A stretch of 64,000 nt of DNA from Eledone cirrhosa (GCA_964016885.1 OZ024747.1:44144001-44208000); one strand, 5' to 3'; numbered from the stretch's first letter, positions 15,170-31,283 are shown. The notes: a model not told the origin generated them from the sequence alone. Numbers and translations: made by a program.

Positions 15170-15318
15170 GAAGATACTCGGAAAAATCACATATCTCGGG
15201 AACCCGTGGTCCGATTTACGCGAAACTTGTTTTATTCCATCTGTATTCCCATTTCAGGGGCAACTTCCTTTCAAAGTATTTTCCCATTATGCGCTCTTTT
15301 GGCTGTATTACATTACAG

Positions 15319-15350
<32 letters not shown>

Positions 15351-15377
15351 TTGCAGAATTTTAGTAATATATAGATA
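15170..15377 (-). mobile_element. Possible non-autonomous Helitron-like repeat
   Basis: Minus strand begins a|TCTATATATTACTAAAA followed by (GCTT)n, reminiscent of short microsatellite-bearing Helitrons; 3' end not identified. Confidence 0.3.
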
Positions 15378-16789
15378 ATTTATACCGGTTTTACAAGTGT
15401 CATGATTTGAAAGGTTAAGAGAGATGGAGCGATGTTTATACAGAAACATCCGACGCTCTACCGACCGATACTGCCAATCTACCACCCTCAACCAGAATAA
15501 TGAAAAGCAAAACTGACATCAGAAGGTAAAGTGCCGGAACAGGTTAGTCTTAACTCATCCTACGTTGGGGGAGGGGGGAGGGGGGGGGACACATTATATA
15601 ACAAGCATCCTCCAATGCACAGGATCCACTGCTTCTCTTTCGCATTCGTTCCTTCAGATCGTCTTGAAATGTCCACCACCAGGTGGTCTTCGGTCTGTCC
15701 TGTTTCCTTTCGCCTTTCATAATGAGTCAACGTAATCACAGCAACGTTTTTGAGTGCCACTAATCGGGTAGATAAGGTGACGAATTGGTGGGGTCGTTAG
15801 AACGTTTGACACAATGCCTTATGGTATTCGTTCCGGCTCGCTGCTCTCTGAGTTCAAATCCCACCGAGGTCAACTTTGCCTTTCATCCTTTCGAGGTTGA
15901 TAAACAAAAGTGCCAGTCTAGTACTGGGGTCGATTCTTCCTCTATATCTCTTTCTCTTTTCCTCTCTCTCTCTCTCTCAGTTTCCATCTTTTTCTGGATA
16001 AATCTGATGTACTGGGGCTTGGAGACGGATGGGCTCCTACGACTCCCCCAGGAGCTACGGGATTATACTATACCATACCAATCGGGTAGATGGCGCATGT
16101 AGCTTGCCGTGCGAAAACAGACTGGAATGACTACCTCAAAACCTTTTATCTGACGTTCCAACAATTCTGCCAATCCATCGACCATCAAATCATATAATTA
16201 TTTCTAACATTTGCAGAGGATCATCAATTTATTATATTGACTACCGACGGAATTTGAACTCAGAACCTAAATACGACAAAGCAATTTATCCGACGCCTCA
16301 TCAGTACTACCAATCCGCCGAACTTCGATCCATCAGTAATAGCAATTATAATTTCTCACACTGACACAAAGCAAATTGCAAGTGATTATGATCAGTTTCT
16401 ATTTACTATATGAGTGTGGTGGAGTTTGTAACAGTTTAAACTGAACAAATACAGCACATTTAGTTCGTGACCTCATTTCCTTCAGCAGAACAGAAAACAA
16501 ACGTTTATAGCACCTTGATTCTTTGTTGCCCTTAAACTGGCACTGCCATAATTTAAATTTCTTTGTTTGGTTTATAGTATATTGGCATGAATAATCTGCT
16601 TTTGATAATTCCTTTGCTGGCCTCTCTATGACACCAGATAATTATTGGGACACCAATTGTTACCAATTAAATTCATAGCTTATTGCCGGTTCTTCACATA
16701 CACATACAAACTATTGCTCAAATACACAAACGCACACATTAATTCAAATATATATTTTATATTCAGTTTTAATATATACCTACTCTTGA

Positions 16790-16873
<84 letters not shown>

Positions 16874-16920
16874 GGGAGACAGAGAGAGACAGAAGGGGCG
16901 AGATAGATAGATACATATAC

Positions 16921-16970
<50 letters not shown>

Positions 16971-17214
16971 TTCTGTGGAGAATATGACTCAGTTAAAATT
17001 TGTTCCTCTATGATTCTTCTATATAATTACATGTATAGGTGTGAAGTAAACATTTGGTATATTTTACCTATAAATATGTATTATACTTGGCTAGCATGGG
17101 GGGGGGGGGGGGGGGGGGAGAAAATAAATGTATACCAAATATGCAATGTCTATCAGTATGTGTATATATGTGTGTGTGTGAGAGAGAGAGTAAGTGTCGC
17201 TGTGATTGTGTATG

Positions 17215-17234
17215 ATAGATACATAGATAGATAA

Positions 17235-17318
<84 letters not shown>

Positions 17319-17320
17319 TG
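17215..17320. repeat. (GATA)n microsatellite
   Basis: Direct reading. Confidence 0.95.
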
Positions 17321-18139
17321 ATAGAGAAAGGCTGTGCGCATATATGAATTTTTGATTTCTCATTATATGTGTTTGTGTTTAAGTATGTGTCTATGAATAT
17401 ATGTATATATAGATGTGTGTGTGTGTGTGTGTTATATTTGCAATTATGAATGCTAATGCGTGAAAATATCTATGTGCGAGTGTATGCATACAATATATAT
17501 TATATATATATATATACGACTGTTATTGCGACAGTACGCGTGTTTGAGTGTGCGCGTGTGTGCATGTGTATGTGAGTGAGTGACTGTATGAATGTGTGTG
17601 TGTGCGTGTGTATCTGTATGTGTATGTATGTGTGTGTACTGGTGTTCGAGCATTTCTAATTGTATTCATGCAATTATGAAGGTCAATAAGTTGCATGTGT
17701 GAATGTGTGAATGTGTGTACGAATACGTAGGTTTTCTGTTGAATGTACTAACGTGTATACGTATGCACGTGTGTATATGTGTGTGTGTGCATTTGTGAGT
17801 GTGTTTATCTGTGATTTCTGTGCTGTGTACATTTGTATGTATATTTGTATAAATTAGGGCAATACATCTGTGAAGACTGACTAAATGCCAAGTCTATGAT
17901 TGTTGATTTTAATCAGTAAAATTTTAACATTGCATATATGAAATACTCAGAGTGTCCTAAACATTACTATTGCTACTGCTGCTACTACTGTTGTTGGTTT
18001 GTTTATTGTTTTTGTTAGTGTTGTTATTGCTGCTGCTGTTGTTTTTCTTTTATATTTTATCGTTTTGCTGTTGCTATTGACTGTTTGCTGCTGAGGTGGT
18101 TGTTGTTGCCGTTGTCGAAGGCACTAAAAAAATCGTTAT

Positions 18140-18780
18140 TGGTGGATTGGCAGAATCAGTAGAGCGCTGGACACCATATTTAGTGACATAGAGTTACGGC
18201 CCTTTAAGTTCTGAGTTGAAATCCCGACGAGCTTAGCTTTGCCTTTTGGGGATAGAGAAAATAAAGTAACAGTAACGAATAGGGGTCGATTTAATTGACT
18301 TCGTCTTCCCCTTCAAATTGCTGGTTTTGGGCCAGAAACAGTTATTGTTATTATTGAAGGACGGTGGAATGGCAGTATCAGTAGAGAGTTGGATACCATG
18401 CTTTGCAGCATAGAGTTACGGTCCTTTACGGTCTGAGTTCAAATCCCGCCGAGGTTAACGTTGCCTTTCATCCTTACGGGGTCGATAAAATAAAGCACCA
18501 GTAACATACTGGGGTCGATTTAATCGACTTTCCCTTCCCCCTCAAATTACTGGCCGTGTGCCTCCTATACCAGAAATCATTAAGGGCGGTGGGTTGGCAG
18601 TATCGGTAGAGAGTCGGACGCCATGCTTTGAAGCATAGAGTTACGTCCCTTTATGATCTGAGTTCAAATCCCGCCGAGGTTAACTTTGCCTTTCATCCTT
18701 ACGGGGTCGATAAAATAAAGTACCAGTAATGCACTGGTTAATTGCTGGCCTTGTGCCAAAAGTAGAAACAATTATTATTA
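18140..18780 (+). mobile_element. Three head-to-tail copies of the tRNA SINE
   Basis: Units at about 18140-18345, 18360-18580 and 18583-18780, each with A/B boxes and central domain. Confidence 0.85.
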
Positions 18781-19104
18781 GGAAGCATTCGTAAACGCTG
18801 TTTCAGCAGGCCCCATAACAGACAGGAAGTTGATTTATGAAACCATTTGATCATTGCTGCCACCTGTAGTTAAAGCCATGAACGACCAAGTTGACAGATT
18901 ATTTGATGGGATGAGCCAACGAAGATGTCTTCACATGGCTACTTCATCTGCTGGAATAAAGAGTTGCTAAATTTCCGATCTTAAAAACAATAGATATATC
19001 TGTGAATAAAAGACAGGGTAGTAACATGTAGCATTCTTTTGATTATAGGCCTCAAGCAGGCTTGACAGCAAAGAAATAGACGAATAAGATTACTACTACA
19101 CTGA

Positions 19105-19185
19105 GAAGCTTGGAGTGGCTTTTCCAGCGTGTCTCCCTTGCCGTCCTCCGGGGAAACGCCTTCTCCATCCTGTCCGCCGAGGCTT
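19105..19185 (+). mobile_element. CRE-type retrotransposon 3' remnant
   Basis: Encodes LEWLFQRVSLAVLRGNAFSILSA, nearly the same as the C-terminus of the 23720-24253 ORF. Confidence 0.75.
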
Positions 19186-20448
19186 GGGGGGGGGGGGCAC
19201 CATCGCGTAACATTCCATATTTAGGTATGTGTTCTCACATGTAGACGCACGTCCTTTACTATTAACAGATAGCATCACTGCTAAATATCAAATAACTAAC
19301 AGTAGTACTGAAGCTATAGTAGCAATATAGATTATCCCTCAGATTTTATATTTTATTTATTTGTTTATGCGTTAGTCAGAGGAGAGGATCAGGGCCAATG
19401 AACGTGCCGGGCCCTCACAAGTTATTGATATTGGTGAGATCAGTGCTGAGCCGGAATATTTACAGTTCAATTTATATAGGAAGCGAAACCTAACTGGGGA
19501 GAACTATAGGGCTGCAGGAGGAAATAGCTGCAACAAAGCAAAACACACTTACGTTACACAGGACTATGTAGTACTGGTATTAAAGCAGGTTACATGTTGA
19601 CTTGTGATCAAAGTAGTTCCTTCTGGGTTGGTCAAACCTTCTATTCTTCAATGAGCCAATATGAAAGCTTTTAAGGGGTTGCTGGACCTGGAGAAAGTAG
19701 CAGCCAAATCAGCCTCAAATTACAAACTACCATCTTAATAAGAGAGAGATTACTTGGTGGAAATCATAGATATACGAAAAGACGGAATAGTTACAAAGGG
19801 AATACTTTTGATTATAGCTCTGTTACGTCAGGATGTTCTGGGACTAAACAACAACAAATTGAATTGTGTAGAGACAAAAGTCAATAAATGAAATATAGTG
19901 TTAATCTATATTACTGATGTGATTTCATCCATATCCTTGAATACAAAATGTCCTTATATTGCTTTTCTGTAACATTCATGTGGATATTCGACATTGTAGA
20001 GATAACAGCTAAATCTGTCTCATAACCTCATTGGATGATATAGTTTCAATTCAAACAATGCCTGAATAGAAAAAAACTACTAAATCCTCACAGTTTGAAC
20101 ACTGTTGATCATTGTTCTGCAAGATAATAGATGACCTTGTGCCAACCAACAACAACAACTACAATACCAACCATATTTAAATTATCACAATCTACCTAAG
20201 AGTACATCAGCAAGCTAACAAACTCAAGTGGGAAGAACAGAAGCAACATGAAGATATTATTAAACAGCAAGAAACTCTACAGAGAATGTCTAATGAAATT
20301 TTCATCTATTCACAGAGAGCGGTGATTGGAATTTGCTTGTTAATGAAGGGCATTTATGCAAATGTTGCCATCATTGACTGGACACACTCTTTGTCATTAT
20401 AATTTGTATTCCCTCAACCGTCGCACAACTTACAGAAATTATATATAC

Positions 20449-20522
20449 AGGGTGTCCCCAAAATATGTATATACATATTTATTAGAATCGTGTTGAAGTG
20501 TATACATTTTTGGAGGTCACCA
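20449..20522. mobile_element. Tc1/mariner-type mini-MITE
   Basis: TA|CAGGGTGTCC end with degenerate opposite TIR; related to 62963-63053. Confidence 0.55.
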
Positions 20523-20652
20523 TATATATATATATATATATATACAATAGTAAATACGAATGTAAATGGTATATAACATACACACCCAACCTCATGAATA
20601 CAAACAGATATAAAAATACACGCACGCGCAAACATAAACACATACACACACA

Positions 20653-20750
<98 letters not shown>

Positions 20751-20850
20751 CCATTTAATTTCTACTAATATATACAGACAATGGAACCAAAGTGAATTAA
20801 TCTAAATATGCATCACAATGTATACGAGTCGGTATGTGAGTATATTTGTA

Positions 20851-20899
<49 letters not shown>

Positions 20900-20943
20900 A
20901 TGTATAGATATATGTATGTATATATAGATATATATAGATACAT

Positions 20944-20983
<40 letters not shown>

Positions 20984-21159
20984 TATCACCTTGATCGACC
21001 AGTCTGTCGGGCGTCTATTCTTCGCCGCTGGGCAAGCCGGTACTCATTTCTAGAACTGAGTAAACTGGTGCAACGTGAAATAAAGTGTCTTGCTCAAGGA
21101 AACAACACATCACCGGTTCGATTGCAAGCCAATGCTCTAACCACTAAGCCATGCGCCTT

Positions 21160-23099
<1,940 letters not shown>

Positions 23100-23299
23100 N
23101 NNNNNNNNNNNNNNNNNNNNNNNNNNNNNNNNNNNNNNNNNNNNNNNNNNNNNNNNNNNNNNNNNNNNNNNNNNNNNNNNNNNNNNNNNNNNNNNNNNNN
23201 NNNNNNNNNNNNNNNNNNNNNNNNNNNNNNNNNNNNNNNNNNNNNNNNNNNNNNNNNNNNNNNNNNNNNNNNNNNNNNNNNNNNNNNNNNNNNNNNNNN
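23100..23299. other. Assembly gap (200 N)
   Basis: N run. Confidence 1.
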
Positions 23300-23390
23300 T
23301 CTTCAAAATGTTTTTAAATAAACATACAGTATATTAGCAAATATACTATACGTACATTTATACATACATCGCTATTTCAGAGCACCAAAA

Positions 23391-23453
<63 letters not shown>

Positions 23454-23734
23454 TAATAAACAAGCAGACAAATAGTCAGAAAAATATGGTTCTACAGGCG
23501 AAATAAAAGAGTTCTTAAATGCCTTTTGTAAGGTTTATTTATATTTATTTATTTGTATAAATTGTTTTACTCAAAAATAGTATTACTCAAAAGTTCATGA
23601 GTAAGTACCCGCTTGATCTTTCAGGACAAACTTCTGGATGAGAAAGCTTTTGCAGTTTCTAATAAGAATGGTTATCATGACACTGATTTCATTACTGCAC
23701 TAGGGCTTGATGAACACAACTACAAGGATATGGT

Positions 23735-24252
23735 CCGAACGTGGAAGAGCCGAACTCCCACTGTCATCACCTCCATCTCTTCGCCCACCCCATCTCTTCG
23801 CCCACCCCATCTCTCCGCATGGTGAGCAAATGGGGTCCCACGTGCTGGCCTCCCCACAGCTCCAGCGGACAGAATGGAGAAGGCGTTTCCCCGGAGGATG
23901 GTAAGGGAGATGCGCTGGAAGAGCCATTCCAACTCGCAAGGCTCACACCTCCGGCTGGCCAGCTCAGCACCTATGGTGGTTAGTAGAGAGGTAGCCCTAG
24001 AGCCAAGGACACCAGAAGTCTCCATTGCCAAGAGCACGACCGCGAACCAGTCGGAGAGTGACCGGTACTTGGAGAATTTGGCCTTCTCAATCCGACATGC
24101 AGCAGAACCTGGGTTAGTCGCAGACTGCACTAGGTTGCGGCTGGAGACAGTGTCGCTGCAAGTGGCATCCGAGACGAAGGGTTTGCCACGGCGGAACGGG
24201 AAGATGGTCATGCCGTCCGGCCTTTTGCTGACCTCTCGGTCCAGCTCCACCA
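23735..24252 (-). mobile_element. CRE-clade non-LTR retrotransposon 3' fragment (restriction-like endonuclease) with ATGGT TSD
   Basis: RPDG..PF..GK...DATCSDT, EKAKFSKY, METSG and LFQRISLTILRGNA motifs; ATGGT at 23730-23734 and 24253-24257. Confidence 0.85.
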
Positions 24253-24654
24253 ATGGTTACCATTGGATATCAAGTGAGATTCATTATCACTGGCTGGTTT
24301 AGATCATGTAGTAGCAAATTTACTGCTGACTGTTATTCAATTCCTGATTGTCTGTTGCTTGCTGCGAGATAAATTGGCTACTCCCGAATACTATTAAGTA
24401 GGAAGTTCGGTACAATGAACACATGTGGTCTTCCGTATTCTGGTTTGGATTTCTGATATCATTAAGAGTTTCAATAGGGCGGTGAGTTAGCAGCTTCTAC
24501 AAAGCCTCGGAGAAAATGCTTTGCAATACCTAGTTACATCTTTTTACATTCTCAGTTCAAATGCCCATCTTTCATCGTTCTGGGGATCGATATAATTAGG
24601 TTTCATGTTCCCTTTGTGCCAGTGAAGTTTATGGTTGTATCAGTAAAGATTTTT

Positions 24655-24755
24655 TCTTCTTCTTCTTCTTCTTCTTCTTCTTCTTCTTCTTCTTCTTCTT
24701 CTTCTTCTTCTTCTTCTTCTTCTTCTTCTTCTTCTTCTTCTTCTTCTTCTTCTTC
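24655..24755. repeat. (TTC)n microsatellite
   Basis: Direct reading. Confidence 0.95.
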
Positions 24756-24839
24756 TCAACCTTCCTGTTACACACACACATTTATATGTAACACACACGC
24801 ATATACACATATAATCTTTGACTTTTCTTCAGCTAGTTA

Positions 24840-25172
24840 CCTTCTTCTTCTTCTTCTCCTCGATCTCTCACCACAGCAAGAAGATCTCGTCCAGTGAGGC
24901 CATTGTCCTTTAGCAACAGAATCCTGATTGATCTGTTTCAAAATCCCACTTTGCATCAGGTACCCAGAGAAACAGTTTCCTTGCAGGTTAATCATGGCGG
25001 GAAACATGACCAGCACCGGGATCGGACTTTCGATGAAACTCGTGACAGATCACCATAAAGAACTGTTGAACACCACTCGTAACATATTTATGTAAGAACC
25101 ATCAAGTCTCCTTGAGTGAGCCACATTGCGAGGTTCATATAGTAACGCAGTTTCGACCGTAGCTTTGAAGTC
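24840..25172 (-). mobile_element. RTE LINE 3' fragment
   Basis: Minus strand RLDGSY..MLRVVFN and GHV-like remnants; (GAA)n end. Confidence 0.6.
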
Positions 25173-25192
25173 TTTATGCATATATATATATA

Positions 25193-25710
25193 TTGTTATA
25201 CTTTGGGAGGGTCATGTTGCCAATAAGAAACACACGCACCAGTTGCTTTCACTTCAATTTATTATATATTTATAAATTTACAAATTTATAAATTTATAAA
25301 TTTGTGGTTGGTTGGTTGGTTCCACAACCAGATAGTTGTTTATATATAGTCATAGTCCTTTCGTCACACACTCTGTGACCTCTTCAGTGACTGGGGATTC
25401 CTTTCTTTGTTTCTGTGCCTCTCCTTTGTTCTGTCCTACGCCATTTTGTTTCTGTGTGTGTGTTGTGTGCTCAGTCTGCGCATGCGCCACATCCGGGTGT
25501 CTGTGTGTGTTTATGTTCATTTATCTATTTGTTTATTTATTTATTTATTTACATGTTACTGGTTGGTTGTTTGTTCTATGTGTGTGTGTGTTTTCATTTT
25601 GTCCTTAATTGTAAGTTGTGATGTTGCTGTTCCACTCATATTTTCTATTTAATTTTGGTTGTAATTCTTTTATGTTTATTGCCTCTGTAATTTGTCTAAA
25701 TTCAGAAACG

Positions 25711-25712
<2 letters not shown>
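25193..25712 (-). mobile_element. Family C PLE, heavily 5'-truncated; hammerhead at 25348-25392
   Basis: Near-identical to 12971-13440; ends in the inverted tail tip aattcagaaacga. Confidence 0.9.
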
Positions 25713-25761
<49 letters not shown>

Positions 25762-25766
<5 letters not shown>

Positions 25767-26030
25767 ATAAATATTAATAAAATAGATGTTCTTTTGATCA
25801 ATTATATTTTATTATACATATTTCGGATGTACAACAGTACGTCCTCATCAGACAAAATATAATGATACATGACATACCCTGAGATGTTAAATGGTTTAGA
25901 TTTAATTAATTTATTAATATTTATATTCTAATATTAATAACTCCGGAAAATTATTTTACCGTAGAGTGCTTCCAATCTACTGTAAAACTCATTCTTTGAT
26001 ATACTCATTGAATTTTGTTTAACTCTTCAA
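25762..26030 (-). mobile_element. Family A hammerhead element in (TA)n; HHR 25807-25857
   Basis: ttttgt-CTGATGA-ggacgtac..gtacatcc-GAAA-tatgta-TA-ataaaa, then short inverted arm and tail. Confidence 0.8.
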
Positions 26031-26177
26031 TATATATATATTATATATATATATATATGTGTGTATATATATATATATGTATATATTGGAAAGTATGTGA
26101 ACGAAGCAACAATAACATGAGCTTGCTTCGGGCAATTCTGAGTATCTAGGAAGGTATTTATCCAAGTTTGCTATTCA

Positions 26178-26348
<171 letters not shown>

Positions 26349-27200
26349 CGAGTGTGTGTAGTTGAATACATACTCTCCTATATATTTCCCCTACGCTCAT
26401 ACATAAAGATACATACATATGTAGACATACATGAGCAAGGAGAAATATACAATTGTCAACCAAATTAGCTTGCCAATTGAAAGAAGGAAACGAAGCCCCA
26501 GAGATTGTGTAGTGTAGAGACAAAAAGTAATTAAATGAACTTCAAAAATTAACAACAAGTGATTAAATATTCTTTTTATCATTATCCTCTGTCAGAAACA
26601 AAATGGTGCATGAATTTTAATCAACGCTGTGTCATCATAATAATAATTATCAGACAAAAGTTAAGCTCAACGGGCAAGAACTGTCTTAAAGAGCTTTCTT
26701 TCTACACCAGAACTTGCCAAGTATTCCTAATCTGACACATTGATTCAAATAATTCCTTGATCTAATTCCTTCGTCTTAGCTTAATAGAAATTAATGATAT
26801 GAATAACAAAACTCTTGCTGTCCGACTGTCTCGCCTAACACCTAACGTTGTATATGAATGAAGATCTCGTGAGATGGGACTCATTTAGTCCATACGTATG
26901 TGTGTACCTCTCTGTGTGTCTATGTGTGTCAACCAGAGACAGAGGAAGAGAAAGGGGTAAGGAAAAGAACCATGAGTGTACGTTTTTGGTTTCGTTTGGT
27001 GCGAGTGTATTGGCTGTATCTGTAGAGGGTCGGAAGCCATGCTTTGCACCAAAGAGATACGGCCCTTTATGGTCTGAGTTCAAATCACGCCGAGGTTAAC
27101 TTTGCCTTTCATCCTTACGGGGTCAATAAAATAAAGTACCAGTAATACACTGGTTAATTGCTGGCCTTCTGCCAATAGTAGAAACAATTATATGTATATG

Positions 27201-27232
<32 letters not shown>

Positions 27233-27367
27233 AAACGAAGGAAATGTGGTAAGGAATCAGATGGACCATAACACACCAAAGTACTCAATACTTAGGGTAG
27301 TAGAGTGGGTAATAGGAACGAGTAGGACTCTGACGGCTTGAGCTCAGCCGTCGGGGTCCTACTCGTT

Positions 27368-27371
<4 letters not shown>
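27233..27371. mobile_element. Tail plus GC-rich hairpin element in (TA)n
   Basis: Hairpin 27312-27371; tail recurs inverted at 63450-63528; no hammerhead retained. Confidence 0.6.
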
Positions 27372-27415
<44 letters not shown>

Positions 27416-27492
27416 TATTTATGTGTATGTATATACACATGTATATATATGTATATATATATGTGTGCGTATATATATATATATATATTTTT

Positions 27493-27700
27493 ACATATGT
27501 AAAGTATTTCCGTGGAAAAGGTAAAGGAAAGAAGAGTGCTCTATCTATAGTACAGAGCTATTTCATTATGTAATAAACAACACAATATAATTATTCCATT
27601 ACCCAAGGTTTCACGACTTCGGGCGTCTCTGTCGGGGTCGCCGGACTTCGTGAAACCTTGCGGGGTAATGGAATAATTATATTGTGTTGTTTATTATATA
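27493..27700. mobile_element. Tail plus inverted-arm element with hammerhead 3' half
   Basis: Arms about 27568-27615 and 27648-27700 (GAAACC.ttg.GGTA on the minus strand of the left arm); tail similar to 54455-54525. Confidence 0.55.
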
Positions 27701-27740
27701 ATTAAATGTATTTACATATATATATATATATAATATATAT

Positions 27741-28460
27741 ATAAAGGACGTAAAATAAGAAAATATTTTTTTTAAAAAAAAAATTTTAAAAAAATTTTTT
27801 TCTTACTTAAATTTTCACTCCAACTAATTAGTTTCTGCAATGGGATAAAGACAGTTATGTAATCCAACTGTCGAGAATTCATTGCGTCATCAGGAAGTCT
27901 ATTCTCAGTTAAGTCTCCAGGCAATGCGCGGACACTGGCGGCTCATATAAAAATAATAATAATTCGGTAGATCGAACAGCTTGCGAGGACTGGATTCTAT
28001 GTACCGAAATTCTCACTGCTTCAAGTCAAATGGCCGATTCTAAAGAATCAATCACGTGACACAGAGGCTAGTTAGAAGGAATGGGATGGTAAGATGACTG
28101 ACGCCTACTAACACCCCAAAAAAAATTTTTTTAGAAGTGGTTTTGACAAGTTTGCTCGACAAATCAGTGATTTGGAGATAAATATAGATAATTTAATATA
28201 TCAACTAACATAAGCGCACAGATGCACGCCCATGCCAGCAAATTGCAGAAACTAATTAGTTGGAGTGAAAATTTAAGTAAGAAAAAAATTTTTTTTAAAT
28301 TTTTTTTTAAAAAAATATTTTCTTATTTTACGTCCTTTATATTATTGTTCTGCATTCTCCTGCATTGAACCACCTAGGTACTATGACATAACCTGTGTAT
28401 TTGCTGGCATGGGCGTGCATCTGTGCGCTTATGTTAGTTGATATATTAAATTATCTATAT
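27741..28460 (-). mobile_element. Family E hammerhead element with interlocked inversions; HHR 27817-27898
   Basis: acttc-CTGATGA-cgcaatg...cattgca-GAAAC-taatta-GTT-ggagt; arms 27741-27841 and 28243-28341; tail end 28399-28460 also inverted at 28181-28243. Confidence 0.8.
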
Positions 28461-28709
28461 AATATATATATATATATTTTATATATATATATATATCCTT
28501 GCAAGCAGGGAAAAGCGGACGTAAAATGATGATGATGATGATATATATATATATATATATATATATGTAAGTTGATGGAACTAGCATGGGTATCACTGCT
28601 AGTACCAGTTGCATCTCAGCGTCAATAGGTAATGTTAAATAAACTCCCAGAGTATACACATAGTTATTCGCTTCGATACAACACATGTAAACGGGTATCT
28701 TCAATTATT

Positions 28710-28820
28710 CCCGAACTCGAGTTTCGACCACACTTACTGCAGCAATAGAGTGCACTGCACACTCTGTCCGCCTATATTATGCAACAATTCATATTCGGTG
28801 CATGTGGCTTCATCAGTGGG
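28710..28820 (-). ncRNA. Hammerhead motif, family F (extended stem II)
   Basis: ccca-CTGATGA-agccaca...tgtggtc-GAAAC-tcga-GTT-cggg; palindromic aactcgagtt. Confidence 0.65.
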
Positions 28821-29396
28821 CTTCGCCTAATCAATAACCAATCGATCGACAGAATTCGACTCCAGTCCATGCCAGCTACGACTGTTTGCGACGGCCAACA
28901 CGGTAAAGCGATTAGCAACTGGAATCTCTACGGATAACAATGCTGTCCCCTGATTGGCTATTGATTTCTAAATTTACGTGGTGGCAGGAGACGAAAATTC
29001 AAATTGTTCCGCTCCCGCTATAAGCACTCAGCCAACGTATCTCAAACACAAATATACAAGTGCGGCCATGCTACCTTGAAGCTAGTGTGTTTGCATTGAT
29101 ATCATTGCATTACATATTTCTACACTATAAATAGAGAGCGAGGTGGAAATAGTAACGAAAACTACAGACGATCATAGTTCTTCATTTGTGGAGGTAATTT
29201 GATATGAGAGTAATTGATGGTAGAACATTCCATCTATTGTATCCGTATGTATTTCTAAAGGATTACTCTGAATTTATTTACCGTTATGTATGAGGATGTG
29301 GAAGTTAAATCAAGACTTATAAACGTTCGTCTTCGACGTAGATTTGACATCGTTATCTGTAGTTTAACATAACAGCTCATTAATCTGAAGAGGTAC

Positions 29397-29640
29397 ATGG
29401 AGAATGGGTGTTTGTATGGCTCAGATGTATGGATACTTTATCACACCCAAATGTATAAGCTTGATGTCTTCCACAAACATTGTCTTCAAGCTATCTATAA
29501 TTCTTTGCTTTCTGTTCAACATCAGTGGGAGTTTCAGTTGAGTCATTTCAGATGGTCTGATCATGCCCTGTGGCTGACTGACGACCGCACAACTGAGGAA
29601 ACAGTTGAACCCGCTTACGTTGATATACGACGGGAGAGCC
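29397..29640 (+). mobile_element. Old RTE-like LINE fragment
   Basis: CLYGSDVW...KLDVFHKHCLQAI resembles the post-RT LLYGxExW...LxxFHxxCLRxI motif. Confidence 0.55.
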
Positions 29641-29806
29641 CATTATATATATTTATGTATATATATATTATTTGAGAGTTTACAAAAGTGTTTATCTACA
29701 TGAACACTTCGTATATGAATCAATATACAACCCCATACGCACACACACACATATACATACATACATACATACATACATACATACATACATACATACATAC
29801 ATACAT

Positions 29807-29858
<52 letters not shown>

Positions 29859-30489
29859 ATTTTAACCATATATCTTATTAGTGGATGAATGTATTACTGT
29901 TTACGCTACAATACGTTTACGAAATTTCTCTTTTAAATCCGGTGCAAATATTTAAATATCTGAACTGATAAAATTAATTTGACATGAGATGACTGTCATA
30001 AGAATTCAGTGGACAATGTTCAGAGAGAGATACAAACAATTTCAGATTGAACTATATCAGCAGGGATTGAAACACACAAACATTACTTGGTTTTTAAGCC
30101 TTTTATTGTTGACACAATAATAAGCTTACCAATATTCTATCTCAAATTATATATTTATAAAAAAACGTAATGTATTAAGGCATGGCTGTGTGGGTAAGGA
30201 ATTTGCTTCGCTACCACCTAGTTTTGGATCCAGTGACACTGGATGAACACGCTTCGGGTCGACTATTGTCTTGAATGGAATTTGGTTGACCGAAACTGAA
30301 GTGTGTATATATATATATATATGAATGTATATATAGTGAATTTTGCAATACAGTGTATTGCAAAATACACTATATATACACTGTATGCTTAATTAAAAGC
30401 ATTTCGAAGACCTTACGCTATTGTTTTAGAGTAGTGACAGTCTCACTTACTTTGAATTTTCAGCAAACAAGGGGAGATAAAGCTGACAG

Positions 30490-30581
<92 letters not shown>

Positions 30582-30585
<4 letters not shown>

Positions 30586-30856
30586 TTCAAAATATTAATA
30601 AATATAGACATTCATGTAATCAAATATATTTTATTATATATTTTTCGGAGGTACTGTGCTGTTTCCTCAGTACGTCCTCATCAGATAGAATATACAAATT
30701 GATGTATGACACACCTCAACTGTGCTGATTGTTCAATTCCAGTCTTGGCAGTATTCTATATTTATATTTATTAATATTTTGAATTAATATTAATAACTCC
30801 AGAAAACTGGGTGCTTCTAATCATTGATTAATCAATGAACCTTGTTTAACTTTTGG

Positions 30857-30858
<2 letters not shown>
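30582..30858 (-). mobile_element. Family A hammerhead element; HHR 30629-30690
   Basis: ttctat-CTGATGA-ggacgtactg..cagtacctcc-GAAA-aatata-TA-ataaaa; inverted arm and tail on the right. Confidence 0.8.
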
Positions 30859-30930
<72 letters not shown>

Positions 30931-30934
<4 letters not shown>

Positions 30935-31233
30935 AGGGGTGTAACTTGGAGTTACTGCAGGTTCACCCGGGGGAGCACTCGATGTTTAGGTTCACTTCTG
31001 TGATGAGGTGTAGAGCTATACAGAGTGTAATATATTGAAAGGATAACAAGGACGATTGGTTACTCCTTCATTACATTTATTGGTAATATAGTATTTTAAA
31101 GGGTCCGTCGACTGCCGATCATTGAGTCGGGTAGGATCGATACAGATCGAACCTTGAGCTGATCAGTGGCGAAACGCGCGTCACCTACCAATAAATGTAA
31201 TGAAGGAGTAACCAATCGTCCTTGTTATCCTTT

Positions 31234-31237
<4 letters not shown>
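30931..31237 (+). mobile_element. Family L element; degenerate HHR about 31102-31185
   Basis: Tail, then arms 31031-31085 and 31186-31240; GAAAC-gcgc-GTC-acc is intact but the 5' core reads CCGTCGA. Confidence 0.65.

Positions 31238-31283
<46 letters not shown>

Noticed and set aside
28820-29060. CCAAT/CpG-rich stretch as a host promoter
   Set aside because: Contiguous with the family F element, so it cannot be separated from element-internal sequence.
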